Shown here: in pieces, positions 17,701 to 25,321 of the stretch
Numbering within the stretch: position 1 is the stretch's first letter
How the letters are laid out: every line of letters starts with the position of its first letter
Assembly: GCA_964500045.1 (NCBI GenBank)
Contig: CAZCNG010000003.1
Coordinates: 1-33,718, forward strand
Direction: 5' to 3'
DNA length: 33,718 bases
Origin: an uncultured Methanomassiliicoccaceae archaeon
Lineage (GTDB): Archaea; Thermoplasmatota; Thermoplasmata; Methanomassiliicoccales; UBA472
Position numbers and translations under genes: made by a program
Notes under the pieces: generated by a model
The model's database searches: none
What the model saw: the letters and a program-made list of their open reading frames with translations, nothing else
Told to the model about the DNA's origin: nothing

Positions 17701-18610
17701 CGTGGGCGGCGTGAGCAAGAGGACCGGCAAGGCGCTGCGCATCTACCTGCAGCGGCCTTGGTTCTCCTCCGGCGACGGCGAGAAGCTGGGCGTGGTGCTC
17801 TATCCTGGTTCCCTGCCGGCGGACGGGGAGGCGCTGGACCGCATCAAGCCCTACGTGACCATGGTCGGGCAGGACCCCCTGTGGGGTACTCATGCCACCC
17901 CCTCGAACCTCACCCTGGTCGATTTCAAGAACCGGCTCCCGGAGAGCGCATCGGGATTGAAATTGTCCGAAATGGACGATGTCACCGTCGACGTGGCCGC
18001 GTTCGAACCAGGCTACGACCAGGAAAGGGGGTTGTGGTACGCCGACATAGAGATCGAAACGGGCGCTTCCTACACGCCCTTCATCCGCCTCGCGCTGGTC
18101 CGCTACCAGCCGCAATCCGTGCCGGGGGTGGAGATATCGTCCGTGATGTTGGCCGATTTTGCCCAGCCACAGCCTGACCGTACCATGAGCGTCGTGCACG
18201 CCCCGGGTCTGGTCACGGTGACCGTGTCCGGCGAATCCTACCACTCGCGGCGCTTCGCCGAAGGAACGGCCCCGGACCAGGGCCACAGCAAGTTGGAGCT
18301 GTCGGTCGAGAAGTTCGAACCGAGCATCGGCACCGACCTGGGCTGGGTACCTGACCCGGATGCGAAAGTCAGCGAGGTCCTTGGCATCGTACCGGGGGCC
18401 TTGATGAGCGGGACGGTCACGCTGCCTCTGCCGAAGGTGCCCAAGGAAGGCGAGAAGCCTGCGCCGCCGCCCCGGCGTCGTGTCGTGGTGCGGGAGTACG
18501 AGATCATCACCCGCGACCGCCTGAGCACCGGTCCGGAGTCGACCATCCAGACAAGCACCCCGTGGGTGGAGGGACGCCGCTTGGTGTACACGGACATGAT
18601 GGAGCTCTGA
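14771..18610 (+). CDS. giant soluble protein of unknown function (about 1279 aa), translationally coupled partner of the upstream gene
   Basis: ATG at 14771 (MQEVKVMWTALPQG). No signal peptide or TM helix is visible, and no catalytic motif recognised. The ORF is uninterrupted to the TGA at 18608-18610. Confidence 0.85.
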   Translation: MQEVKVMWTALPQGVVEKDGKKKARVSAFVSIRLRTDQGDTLGVFPEFLNWPKQLDGMKFIVDFGGKKREAQVEKQWDAALWEGMFHKDTYLEPFVYDDLSNNIIHSYPVGLVSLFIAGNYLNLAVNSANELPKFEALRQENSFGKLTFKRGEREELRKLLDQHQARDKALSVNVLPAGKKIEAAFMQTSTFHEPKVAKPVPLPKYPEDKLIFEKMVDFHQMLSSLANYPELMKRLGLLVEMYFDPDEVPESYPQAPLSLAFESPQFQARDYCPRTAYIYDQRRLLPSPRSQGDYDWGFLRMEKPAEYPVLQFDVDGAAIKALNFAQDMKAQDDKKSLDTPKEGGVPFLRSAGFSVARTDRAVKLHKAFTVSKVHEDELKQQKPTLLFAEDVARGVRYDVLDQSVGRFQSLCWRSGTYRYIDEKEGEKLIAEQVVDEAWVQTGATSTPDPNIPQAQKDLFVHESLFNWRGWSLSVPRPGRPIDKDDNASDVEQIPATQLKLKTEFLPVKGTLPRLRYGHRYSFRGRMADLGGYGPQLDDNDASHATMALKYLRFEPIPPPPLLLKEELDLDERPAEDIGRLVIRSYNDDVKKDDHDSKETAERHVAPPRIGQLEAEQAGMFDEATGMRVDAGIYKMLCERDVAHFQEAKSGDPLCKSDECRVPYLPDPFVLGAALQGLPTGSANPGGSPYQVHWKLSSQGEWKDFGKPEHWPELLPFRIRLEEGDKDPSWDDSGRVLTVYLQKAERVRFKLSSYLSKERLEQMGLWNWVEIFKELGGKLDEDQFQHLRDNALKGKNWLLTPFRWVELVHAVQQPLGRPDIAALFPRRDRGHTYADLNGAVTVHGPSSGKLEMMAQWEERHDDPSDLKNDPVKDRRGGYVMAFDHDLEPKDQTYSFMMDYSRRHHFGDTIYRHVRYRAVATTRFKEYLSKLVREDPKSDFTRVSQDVELDIPSSARPAVPRIVYALPIYKWSPSVHTPVGGVSKRTGKALRIYLQRPWFSSGDGEKLGVVLYPGSLPADGEALDRIKPYVTMVGQDPLWGTHATPSNLTLVDFKNRLPESASGLKLSEMDDVTVDVAAFEPGYDQERGLWYADIEIETGASYTPFIRLALVRYQPQSVPGVEISSVMLADFAQPQPDRTMSVVHAPGLVTVTVSGESYHSRRFAEGTAPDQGHSKLELSVEKFEPSIGTDLGWVPDPDAKVSEVLGIVPGALMSGTVTLPLPKVPKEGEKPAPPPRRRVVVREYEIITRDRLSTGPESTIQTSTPWVEGRRLVYTDMMEL

Positions 18611-18653
18611 TCGGCCGGTCCTGGCCCGGATCATTCGTGGGCAGGGGCGGTCG

Positions 18654-18697
18654 TTCCGTAGCCGACCCCCCGGGTCCCCTTTTCTTTATCGACAACG
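18654..18697 (+). terminator. possible terminator: imperfect GC hairpin followed by a T-tract
   Basis: ggggcggtcg (18654-18663) pairs with cgaccccc (18673-18680) with one bulge. ttttcttt follows at 18690-18697, about 45 nt after the stop of the giant operon. Confidence 0.3.
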
Positions 18698-18753
18698 GCG
18701 CTTCGGATGACACCCTTTAAGTCCAAACTAGGCGATTGGGCGGCGTATTCAGG

Positions 18754-20274
18754 ATGATGCGCGTAATCCTCATTGACGATGAATTGGACCTCGCCGAGGT
18801 CACCCGGGATTTCCTTGAGTTGAGCGGGCAGATGCATGTCTCCGTGGCAGGGTCTGCGCTCGAGGGCCTGGAGCAGCTCAAACGCGATGACTATGATGCG
18901 GTCGTCAGCGATTACCAGATGCCGCTGATGGATGGATTGCAGCTCCTGAAGAAGTTGCGCCAGGAGGGCAACAACATACCCTTCATCCTCTTCACGGGCA
19001 AGGGGCGCGAGGAGGTCGTCATCGAAGCCCTGAACTCCGGGGCGGACTTCTATCTACAGAAGGGAGGTCAGCCCGTCGCGCAGTTCGCCGAGCTGGCACA
19101 TAAGATCCGCCAGGCGGTCCATTCCCGCCGGTCCGAGTCCGCGCTGATCGAGAGCGAACAACGATTCAAGGACCTTTTCGAGAGCATGGGCAGTGGAGTT
19201 GCCATCTATTCCGTGCGCAACGATGGCAATCATGGCAGCGACTATATCGTCAAGGACTTCAATCGCAAGGCGCTGCAGATCGAAGGCAAGCGCAGGGAGG
19301 AAGTGGTGGGTAAGAGCCTCTTTGAGCTCCGCCCCCGCATCGACGAGTACGGCCTGATCCCCATGTTCCGTGAAGTATGGATAACGGGGAAGGCGGCCTT
19401 CTACCCGGCTAAGGTATACATCGACGATCATTACTTTAGCTGGTACCAGAACACGGTCTTCCGCCTTATCAGCGGCGAGATCGTCGCTATCTACGAGGAT
19501 GTTTCAGAACAGCAGCGCGCCGAGGAGGCATTGCTTGACAGCGAAGCAAGGTACCGTTCTCTGGTGGAGAACTCCTTTGAAGGGATCTGGATAATGGACG
19601 GGGACAGTATCACCACCTACGTCAACCAACGCATGGCGGATATGTTGCATCTGCGCCCGGAGGACATGGTCGGCCGTTCCGTCACCGAGTTCCTGCTCCC
19701 GGGACAGGACGAGGAGCACGAGGAGCGAATGCAGCAACGCATGGCCGGGGTCAAGGCCCGGTACGAGCACTGCTTCTACCTGGCGGACGGCTCCTCGGTG
19801 CACTGCATGGTATCCGCCGTGCCGATCATGGGGCCTGATGGTAGTTTCCAGGGCAGTGTCGGCGTCTTCATGGACATCTCTGAAATGAGGCAGACGGACG
19901 CCGCAATGCGTGAGCGCCAAATGAAGCTGGACAGCCTGTTCAAAGCCGCCCCGGTCGGCATGGGTTTCGTCAAGGACCGTACCTACCTCGAGGTCAACCG
20001 CCGCACCGAGGAGATGACCGGCTACAGCGCTGCGGAACTGGTCGGACAGAGCACGCGTATGCTCTACGAATCCGATGAGGAGTACCAGCGCGTGGGCCGG
20101 GAGAAATATGGGGAGCTGGACCGGGTCGGCATCGGCACGACGGCGACCAAATGGCGGAGGAAGGACGGTACGTTCCTTCCGATCCAACTGACATCGGCCG
20201 CCATAGTCCCAGGTGACCGCAGCCAGGGCGTGTGCTTCATCGCCATTGAGCTTGCGCCGCTCAAGCACAGATGA
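18754..20274 (+). CDS. response regulator: receiver domain plus three PAS domains, no recognisable output domain
   Basis: MMRVILIDDE...DAVVSDYQMPLMDG...ILFTGKG...GADFYLQKGG is a REC domain with acceptor Asp, Thr and Lys. Three PAS-like units follow, beginning SEQRFKDLFESMGSGVAIY, SEARYRSLVENSFEGIWIMD and MKLDSLFKAAPVGMGFV. Confidence 0.85.
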   Translation: MMRVILIDDELDLAEVTRDFLELSGQMHVSVAGSALEGLEQLKRDDYDAVVSDYQMPLMDGLQLLKKLRQEGNNIPFILFTGKGREEVVIEALNSGADFYLQKGGQPVAQFAELAHKIRQAVHSRRSESALIESEQRFKDLFESMGSGVAIYSVRNDGNHGSDYIVKDFNRKALQIEGKRREEVVGKSLFELRPRIDEYGLIPMFREVWITGKAAFYPAKVYIDDHYFSWYQNTVFRLISGEIVAIYEDVSEQQRAEEALLDSEARYRSLVENSFEGIWIMDGDSITTYVNQRMADMLHLRPEDMVGRSVTEFLLPGQDEEHEERMQQRMAGVKARYEHCFYLADGSSVHCMVSAVPIMGPDGSFQGSVGVFMDISEMRQTDAAMRERQMKLDSLFKAAPVGMGFVKDRTYLEVNRRTEEMTGYSAAELVGQSTRMLYESDEEYQRVGREKYGELDRVGIGTTATKWRRKDGTFLPIQLTSAAIVPGDRSQGVCFIAIELAPLKHR

Positions 20275-20282
20275 GGTGCTGC

Positions 20283-21056
20283 TCAGACGCGGCTGACGAA
20301 GATCTTGTAGGGTAGCGTGCTGCGGAAACCATCCCTATGAATGATGGCGGTGCCGTCCGCGTCCAGTCCCTGGCGTTTCAGTTCGCGGCAGCAATCATCG
20401 GCGCAAGCCTGGTCGAGCCGATAGCGGTCGGCGAGGTCCTGCCAGCGCAGATCGAGCGGCGGAGCGTCCCGGATCTCCAGTACCTCGAACCCCGCGGATC
20501 CGAGCATGTCGCGCAGCTCCTCCACGCCTGGATACCACTTCCCGGTGCCCATGCGGTCGTACATGTAGTTGAAGCAATCGCGAACCTCCAGTCGTTCAAA
20601 GCAGGCGGTCTGCTGCACCATGAATTCACCCTCGGTGAGGAGGGAGCGCATATGCCTCAGGAATGGGAGCTGCCCTTCCCGGCCAAAATAATGCATCAGG
20701 GAGCGGTGCATGACCAGCATGCCATCCTCCGGGGCGATGTCCTGTCTCGAGATCTCGAGCGCCGAGGCGCACAGGCCGACCAGCCCGCATTGGCATGCCT
20801 CGCGCAGCTGCGGCTCGGAGGTGTCCACATTGACGTAGCGGCGGCCGGGGCCGAGGTTGTGGCACAGGGCGTTGAGCACGAATCCCGTGCCTCCGCCCAG
20901 GTCCACCAAGGTACCTGCCTTGCCCTCCTCGGCCTTGCGCCCGACGGCCTCCAGATAGGGGCGGGCCACCTCCACATCTGAGAAGTAGCCGCCGTGTGCA
21001 TTGCCCCAGGACTCACCATGCAGGCTGCGCTCGAAATGAAGGTTCTCATTTCCCAT
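20283..21056 (-). CDS. class I SAM-dependent methyltransferase
   Basis: Motif I is TLVDLGGGTGFVLNAL, with a Rossmann-type continuation (YVNVDTSEPQL, GMLVMHRSLMHY). Confidence 0.8.
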   Translation of the reverse strand: MGNENLHFERSLHGESWGNAHGGYFSDVEVARPYLEAVGRKAEEGKAGTLVDLGGGTGFVLNALCHNLGPGRRYVNVDTSEPQLREACQCGLVGLCASALEISRQDIAPEDGMLVMHRSLMHYFGREGQLPFLRHMRSLLTEGEFMVQQTACFERLEVRDCFNYMYDRMGTGKWYPGVEELRDMLGSAGFEVLEIRDAPPLDLRWQDLADRYRLDQACADDCCRELKRQGLDADGTAIIHRDGFRSTLPYKIFVSRV

Positions 21057-21086
21057 GGGGCAGACCCTCCGTTGTGGGACGACTCA

Positions 21087-21959
21087 TCAGCCCCACCATC
21101 CCTCTGCGACCTGATGGACCTTGCCCCCGACCTCGACCCCGATGCCGTCGCCCTGCGGTGATGAGCGCAGGAAGAGGCGTGAAGGCCGTCCCATCTCGTA
21201 ACCCTGTCCGACCTGGACCTCGACCTTTTCCGAGCCCAGATAACGGTGCTTCACCAGGTAGGCGGCGAGGCAGCCGTTGCCGCTACCCGTGGCCGGGTCT
21301 TCGGCGATCCCGACGCCCATGGGGAATACCCGTGCGCTCAATCCCTGTCCCTCCTCCTGTCCGCCGCGACAGAAGGCCAGCACCACCTTGGCATAGCTAC
21401 GTCCCTGCAGCAGTCCAGCCCAATCCCGTGACAAGGTCATGCGGGCCAAGGCCTCCCTGCTCTTCAGCGGCACGATGATGTGCTTCAGCCCGGTGGATAC
21501 TTCCTCACAGGGGAATCTGTCATCCATATCTTCCGACTTCAATCCGAGCAGGGAGGACACGAGGCTCCTGTCGATCTCCTCCCCGAACTCCGGTTCGCGC
21601 TGGCGCATCCACAGGATGCCATCTGCATCGTTTAGGTCAACGGGGATCGGTCCAATGTTCAAGTGCAGAGTTACCTTGCCTCCGCCTCCGGGGCGGACGT
21701 GGCGGTCGATGACGAAGGCTGTTCCCAAGGTCGGATGGCCGGCGAAATCCACCTCCTCCTGCGGCGTGAAGATGCGGACCCGCAGAGGCGCATCTCCCTT
21801 GGGTTTCATGACGAAGGTGCTCTCCGAGAAGTTGATCTCCCGGGCCATGCGCTGCATCTCATCATCCGGTAGGTCGTCACAATCCAGGAAAGTTGCCAGC
21901 TGGTTTCCCCGATACTTATGGTCAGCGAAAACATCGGTGATGAAGAATCGGTGCGCCAT
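21087..21959 (-). CDS. PhzF-family isomerase-like protein
   Basis: I take the ATG at 21959 as the start. MAHRFFITDVFADHKYRGNQLATF...EMQRMAREINFSESTFV...RIFTPQEEVDFAGHPTLGTA...EDPATGSGNGCLAAYL are the canonical PhzF blocks in both halves. Confidence 0.85.
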   Translation of the reverse strand: MAHRFFITDVFADHKYRGNQLATFLDCDDLPDDEMQRMAREINFSESTFVMKPKGDAPLRVRIFTPQEEVDFAGHPTLGTAFVIDRHVRPGGGGKVTLHLNIGPIPVDLNDADGILWMRQREPEFGEEIDRSLVSSLLGLKSEDMDDRFPCEEVSTGLKHIIVPLKSREALARMTLSRDWAGLLQGRSYAKVVLAFCRGGQEEGQGLSARVFPMGVGIAEDPATGSGNGCLAAYLVKHRYLGSEKVEVQVGQGYEMGRPSRLFLRSSPQGDGIGVEVGGKVHQVAEGWWG

Positions 21960-22032
21960 ACGATCCGTTGAGGAACGCCCATCGTCGATTTCAAACTGAC
22001 GCAGGAATGCAAAAAGGAAAGGAGGAAGGTGT

Positions 22033-22503
22033 TTAGTGGCAGGCCTGTTCCCAGTCGCTCCAGTCATCCTTGGCATACTTCTTGATGCCCACCCAGATGG
22101 CCGCCTGCAGTCCGGCGAAGACGATGAGGTCCACCGCGAGCACCGCCAGATTCTGGTAGCCGTTGAAGTCCTGCCCGTAGAAGAGCAGCCACGCCACCGC
22201 GAAGATGCCGGCGCCGAAGGCCGTCAGCACCGATGCGATGATCCTCCAGCCGGCCACCCTGCGCAACTCTTCCGGAGCGAAACGCAACCCGAAGCTGGCC
22301 CAGATGCCCGCATTGGCTGCGATCGTGATGATGCCGGTGAGCAGGAAGATGCCCAGGTTCTGCAGCAGCCCGTAGCCGTCCGCGTAGAAGAAGAGCCAGA
22401 TCATGCAGTAGGATAGCCAAATGACCCCCGTCATGATGCTGAAGGCCTTCCTCCAGCCCATTCCCGGCAGATTCCCCTTTTCCAAACTGATCTCATTTTC
22501 CAT
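22033..22503 (-). CDS. four-helix membrane protein built from an internal 2-TM duplication
   Basis: WRKAFSIMTGVIWLSYCMIWLFFYADGYGLLQNLGIFLLTGIITIAANAGIW aligns with WRIIASVLTAFGAGIFAVAWLLFYGQDFNGYQNLAVLAVDLIVFAGLQAAIW. No family recognised. Confidence 0.65.
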   Translation of the reverse strand: MENEISLEKGNLPGMGWRKAFSIMTGVIWLSYCMIWLFFYADGYGLLQNLGIFLLTGIITIAANAGIWASFGLRFAPEELRRVAGWRIIASVLTAFGAGIFAVAWLLFYGQDFNGYQNLAVLAVDLIVFAGLQAAIWVGIKKYAKDDWSDWEQACH

Positions 22504-22859
22504 TCTAATCGCCTTGATGCGGGGTCTCGCCCGCTAGTATCAGGTTAGCGGCGGTCACGATACTTGGGGGGAGCGGACACAAGTGACCGGCCGGCGGTCA
22601 CGCAATTTCTTTCTCCTCATCTCGCGAGCACCACAACGTCGTCTATCGGAGCACCTCTGTGATCGAATGGCCCACGGCATCGAAGGGGCAGACTACCGAG
22701 CTGGATGCGAATATGGAAGGCGGAACGGCCCAAGAGGTTCGGTCAACCCCGCTATTTCTCCAAAGACATCATGATTGCATGTGTCGTCTAGGACAAGATA
22801 TTCCTTGGGCTTCCCGCCTGCGAAAGGATTATGCCTTTCCCTGACATGCCAAAGGCGAT

Positions 22860-24149
22860 ATGGACTCAGTGGAGGAACTAGCGCGCCGGGCCAAGGACGC
22901 ATCCTACCGGCTGCAGGCCATGCCGGCCACGAAGAGGAATGAGGCGCTGGAGGCCATCGCCAAGGCGATAGCGGCTCAACGCAAGCATCTGCTCGATGCC
23001 AATCTTGAGGACGTGCGTCGTTCCGAGGCCGAAGGCCTTTCCAAGGTGCTGATCAAGCGTCTGCGCTTTGACGAGGAGAAGGTCGAAGAGTCAGTACGCA
23101 TGCTGCATTCCCTCATGGGTCAGGAAGATCCTCTCAACAAGGTCCTGGCCCGCAGCGAGCTCGACGAAGGCCTCATTCTGGAGAAGGTCACCTGCCCGAT
23201 CGGCGTCATGGGCGTCATCTTCGAAGCGCGCCCCGAAGCGCTGGTGCAGATATCCTCTCTCTGCCTGAAGTCTGGAAATGCCGTGCTGCTCAAGGGCGGT
23301 TCCGAAGCTAGATCTACGAATGAGGCTCTAGCCCGCTGCATCAGTGAGGCCATCATCCAGGTCGATGCGGCGTTCGAGGGCGCGGTCCAGCTCCTCTCCA
23401 CCCGGGAAGAGGTGCACGCGCTCCTGGCCCAGGACCGGTACGTCGATCTCATCATACCGCGCGGTTCGAACGAACTGGTGCGGTCGATCCAATCCTCCAC
23501 GCGCATACCAGTGCTCGGTCATGCGGCCGGCATCTGCCACACCTTCGTGGACAAGGGGGCCGATCTGGACATGGCCATCAAGGTCTGTTTCGACGCCAAG
23601 GTGCAGTATCCCGCCGTCTGCAACGCCATGGAAACGTTGCTAGTACACTCGGCCATCGCCAAGGAATTCCTGCCCCGCATGGCGAAGCATTACGCTGACG
23701 CCAAGGTGCAACTGCGCGGCGATGTCCGTACCCGGGAGATAGTGCCCATGCAGGAGGCCTGCGCGGCTGACTGGGATGCGGAATACAACGACCTCATACT
23801 CTCGATCATGGTCATAGACTCGCTCCCGGAAGCGGTGAGGTTCATCAATCTGCACGGGTCGCATCACACCGACGCGATCATCACCAAGGACACCGTGGCG
23901 GCGCAGTTCTTCATGGACAATGTGGACAGCAGCTCGGTGATGTGGAACTGTTCCACGCGCTTCGCTGACGGCTATCGATACGGTCTGGGTGCTGAGGTGG
24001 GCATCTCCACCAACAAGACGCATGCGCGCGGGCCGGTCGGATTGGAAGGCTTGATCATCTACAAATGGAAGCTCGTCGGCCACGGCCACGTGGTCGCCGA
24101 TTACGCAGGCAAGAATGCCAAGCGATACACGCACAGGAAGATGCTATGA
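22860..24149 (+). CDS. proA: gamma-glutamyl phosphate reductase
   Basis: 429 aa with a typical ProA N-terminus (ARRAKDASYRLQAMPATKRNEALEAIAKAI). Aldehyde-dehydrogenase-fold blocks include VMGVIFEARPEALVQI, NAVLLKGGSEA and the catalytic CNAMETLLVH. Confidence 0.92.
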   Translation: MDSVEELARRAKDASYRLQAMPATKRNEALEAIAKAIAAQRKHLLDANLEDVRRSEAEGLSKVLIKRLRFDEEKVEESVRMLHSLMGQEDPLNKVLARSELDEGLILEKVTCPIGVMGVIFEARPEALVQISSLCLKSGNAVLLKGGSEARSTNEALARCISEAIIQVDAAFEGAVQLLSTREEVHALLAQDRYVDLIIPRGSNELVRSIQSSTRIPVLGHAAGICHTFVDKGADLDMAIKVCFDAKVQYPAVCNAMETLLVHSAIAKEFLPRMAKHYADAKVQLRGDVRTREIVPMQEACAADWDAEYNDLILSIMVIDSLPEAVRFINLHGSHHTDAIITKDTVAAQFFMDNVDSSSVMWNCSTRFADGYRYGLGAEVGISTNKTHARGPVGLEGLIIYKWKLVGHGHVVADYAGKNAKRYTHRKML

Positions 24150-25255
24150 GAGACATTTCCCCCAAGCGCGTCGTGGTCAAGATCGGCACCAACACCATCT
24201 GCCGCGAGGACGGCACGGTCGATACGGACTACTTACAAGGGGTGGCCCGGCAGGTAACCTCCCTGCGCGAGGCGGGCCTGGAGATCATCGTCGTCTCTTC
24301 CGGTGCCATCGGCTCTGGGATGTACGAGCTCGGCCTCAAGGAGAGGCCGCGCGAAGTCTCCGTCAAGCAGGCGTGCGCCGCCGTGGGTCAGGCCATCCTG
24401 ATGATGGAATGGAGGGCTGCCTTCTCCAAGGAAGGTTTGATCGTTGGGCAGGTACTGCTCACCTATGGTGCGTTCTCGGACCGCATCCGCTATCTCAATT
24501 TGCGCAAGGCGATGGAAGAGATGTTCCGGCTCGGAGTCGTTCCGATCGTCAACGAGAATGACGTGATCTCGACCGATGAGATCGAGGACATCTTTGGCGA
24601 CAATGACAAGTTGTCGGCGCTGGTGGCCAGCAAGGCTGACGCAGACCTGCTCATCCTTCTCACCGACGTGGACGGCCTCTACGACCGCAATCCGAGCGTC
24701 GACAAGGACGCGGTCCTCATTCCCACCGTGGACGAGATCACCAAGGATATCGAGAGGATCGCTGGCGGCAACAAGAACGACCGCTCCGTGGGTGGCATGC
24801 GCACCAAGATCACCGCCGCCAGGATCTCCATGGAGTCGGGCTGCAATATGATCATCGCCAACGGCCGCACCGAGGACGTCATCCTCAAGGCGGCGCGTGG
24901 AGCGGAGATAGGCACGCTCTTCACTGCCCGCTACCTCTACGACAACCGCGAGCGCTGGATACTGTTCGCCGCACCGAAGGGGAAGATAGTCATTGACGCC
25001 GGCGCCGAGGAAGCGCTGAAGAAGGGCCGCAGCCTCCTACCCTGTGGCGTCAAAGACGTGGAAGGGAAGTTCAAAGAGGGGGACATAGTCCGCATCAACA
25101 GCTTCGCCAAAGGGGTGGTCAACTTCTCGTCGGCCGCATTGGCGGAGTTGCTGGAAGAGTGCCGTGCCGAGAAGGTGAAGCATCACGGCAAGGTCGGCAA
25201 CGATAAGGTGGTGGTCGGCCACGAGAACATCGTGCTCCTGCAGGCGGACAATTGA
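24146..25255 (+). CDS. proB: glutamate 5-kinase with C-terminal PUA domain
   Basis: The ATG at 24146 overlaps the proA stop (ATGA). RVVVKIGTNTI...IIVVSSGAIGSG...VPIVNENDVISTDEI..FGDNDKLSALVA is followed by a PUA-like GKIVIDAGAEEALKKGRSLLPCGV. Confidence 0.92.
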   Translation: MRDISPKRVVVKIGTNTICREDGTVDTDYLQGVARQVTSLREAGLEIIVVSSGAIGSGMYELGLKERPREVSVKQACAAVGQAILMMEWRAAFSKEGLIVGQVLLTYGAFSDRIRYLNLRKAMEEMFRLGVVPIVNENDVISTDEIEDIFGDNDKLSALVASKADADLLILLTDVDGLYDRNPSVDKDAVLIPTVDEITKDIERIAGGNKNDRSVGGMRTKITAARISMESGCNMIIANGRTEDVILKAARGAEIGTLFTARYLYDNRERWILFAAPKGKIVIDAGAEEALKKGRSLLPCGVKDVEGKFKEGDIVRINSFAKGVVNFSSAALAELLEECRAEKVKHHGKVGNDKVVVGHENIVLLQADN

Positions 25256-25321
25256 TACCGGCTCCGCGGGGGCACGAAAGTGTTTTCCCCGCCGGCGTAT
25301 TCCCCCGCCACGGTCATTAGC

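Noticed and set aside
15524-18634. Minus-strand ORFs of 394 and 532 aa inside giant gene B
   Set aside because: Same reasoning. These are long only because GC-rich antisense frames lack stops. They have no motifs and are strongly R/H/G/A biased.
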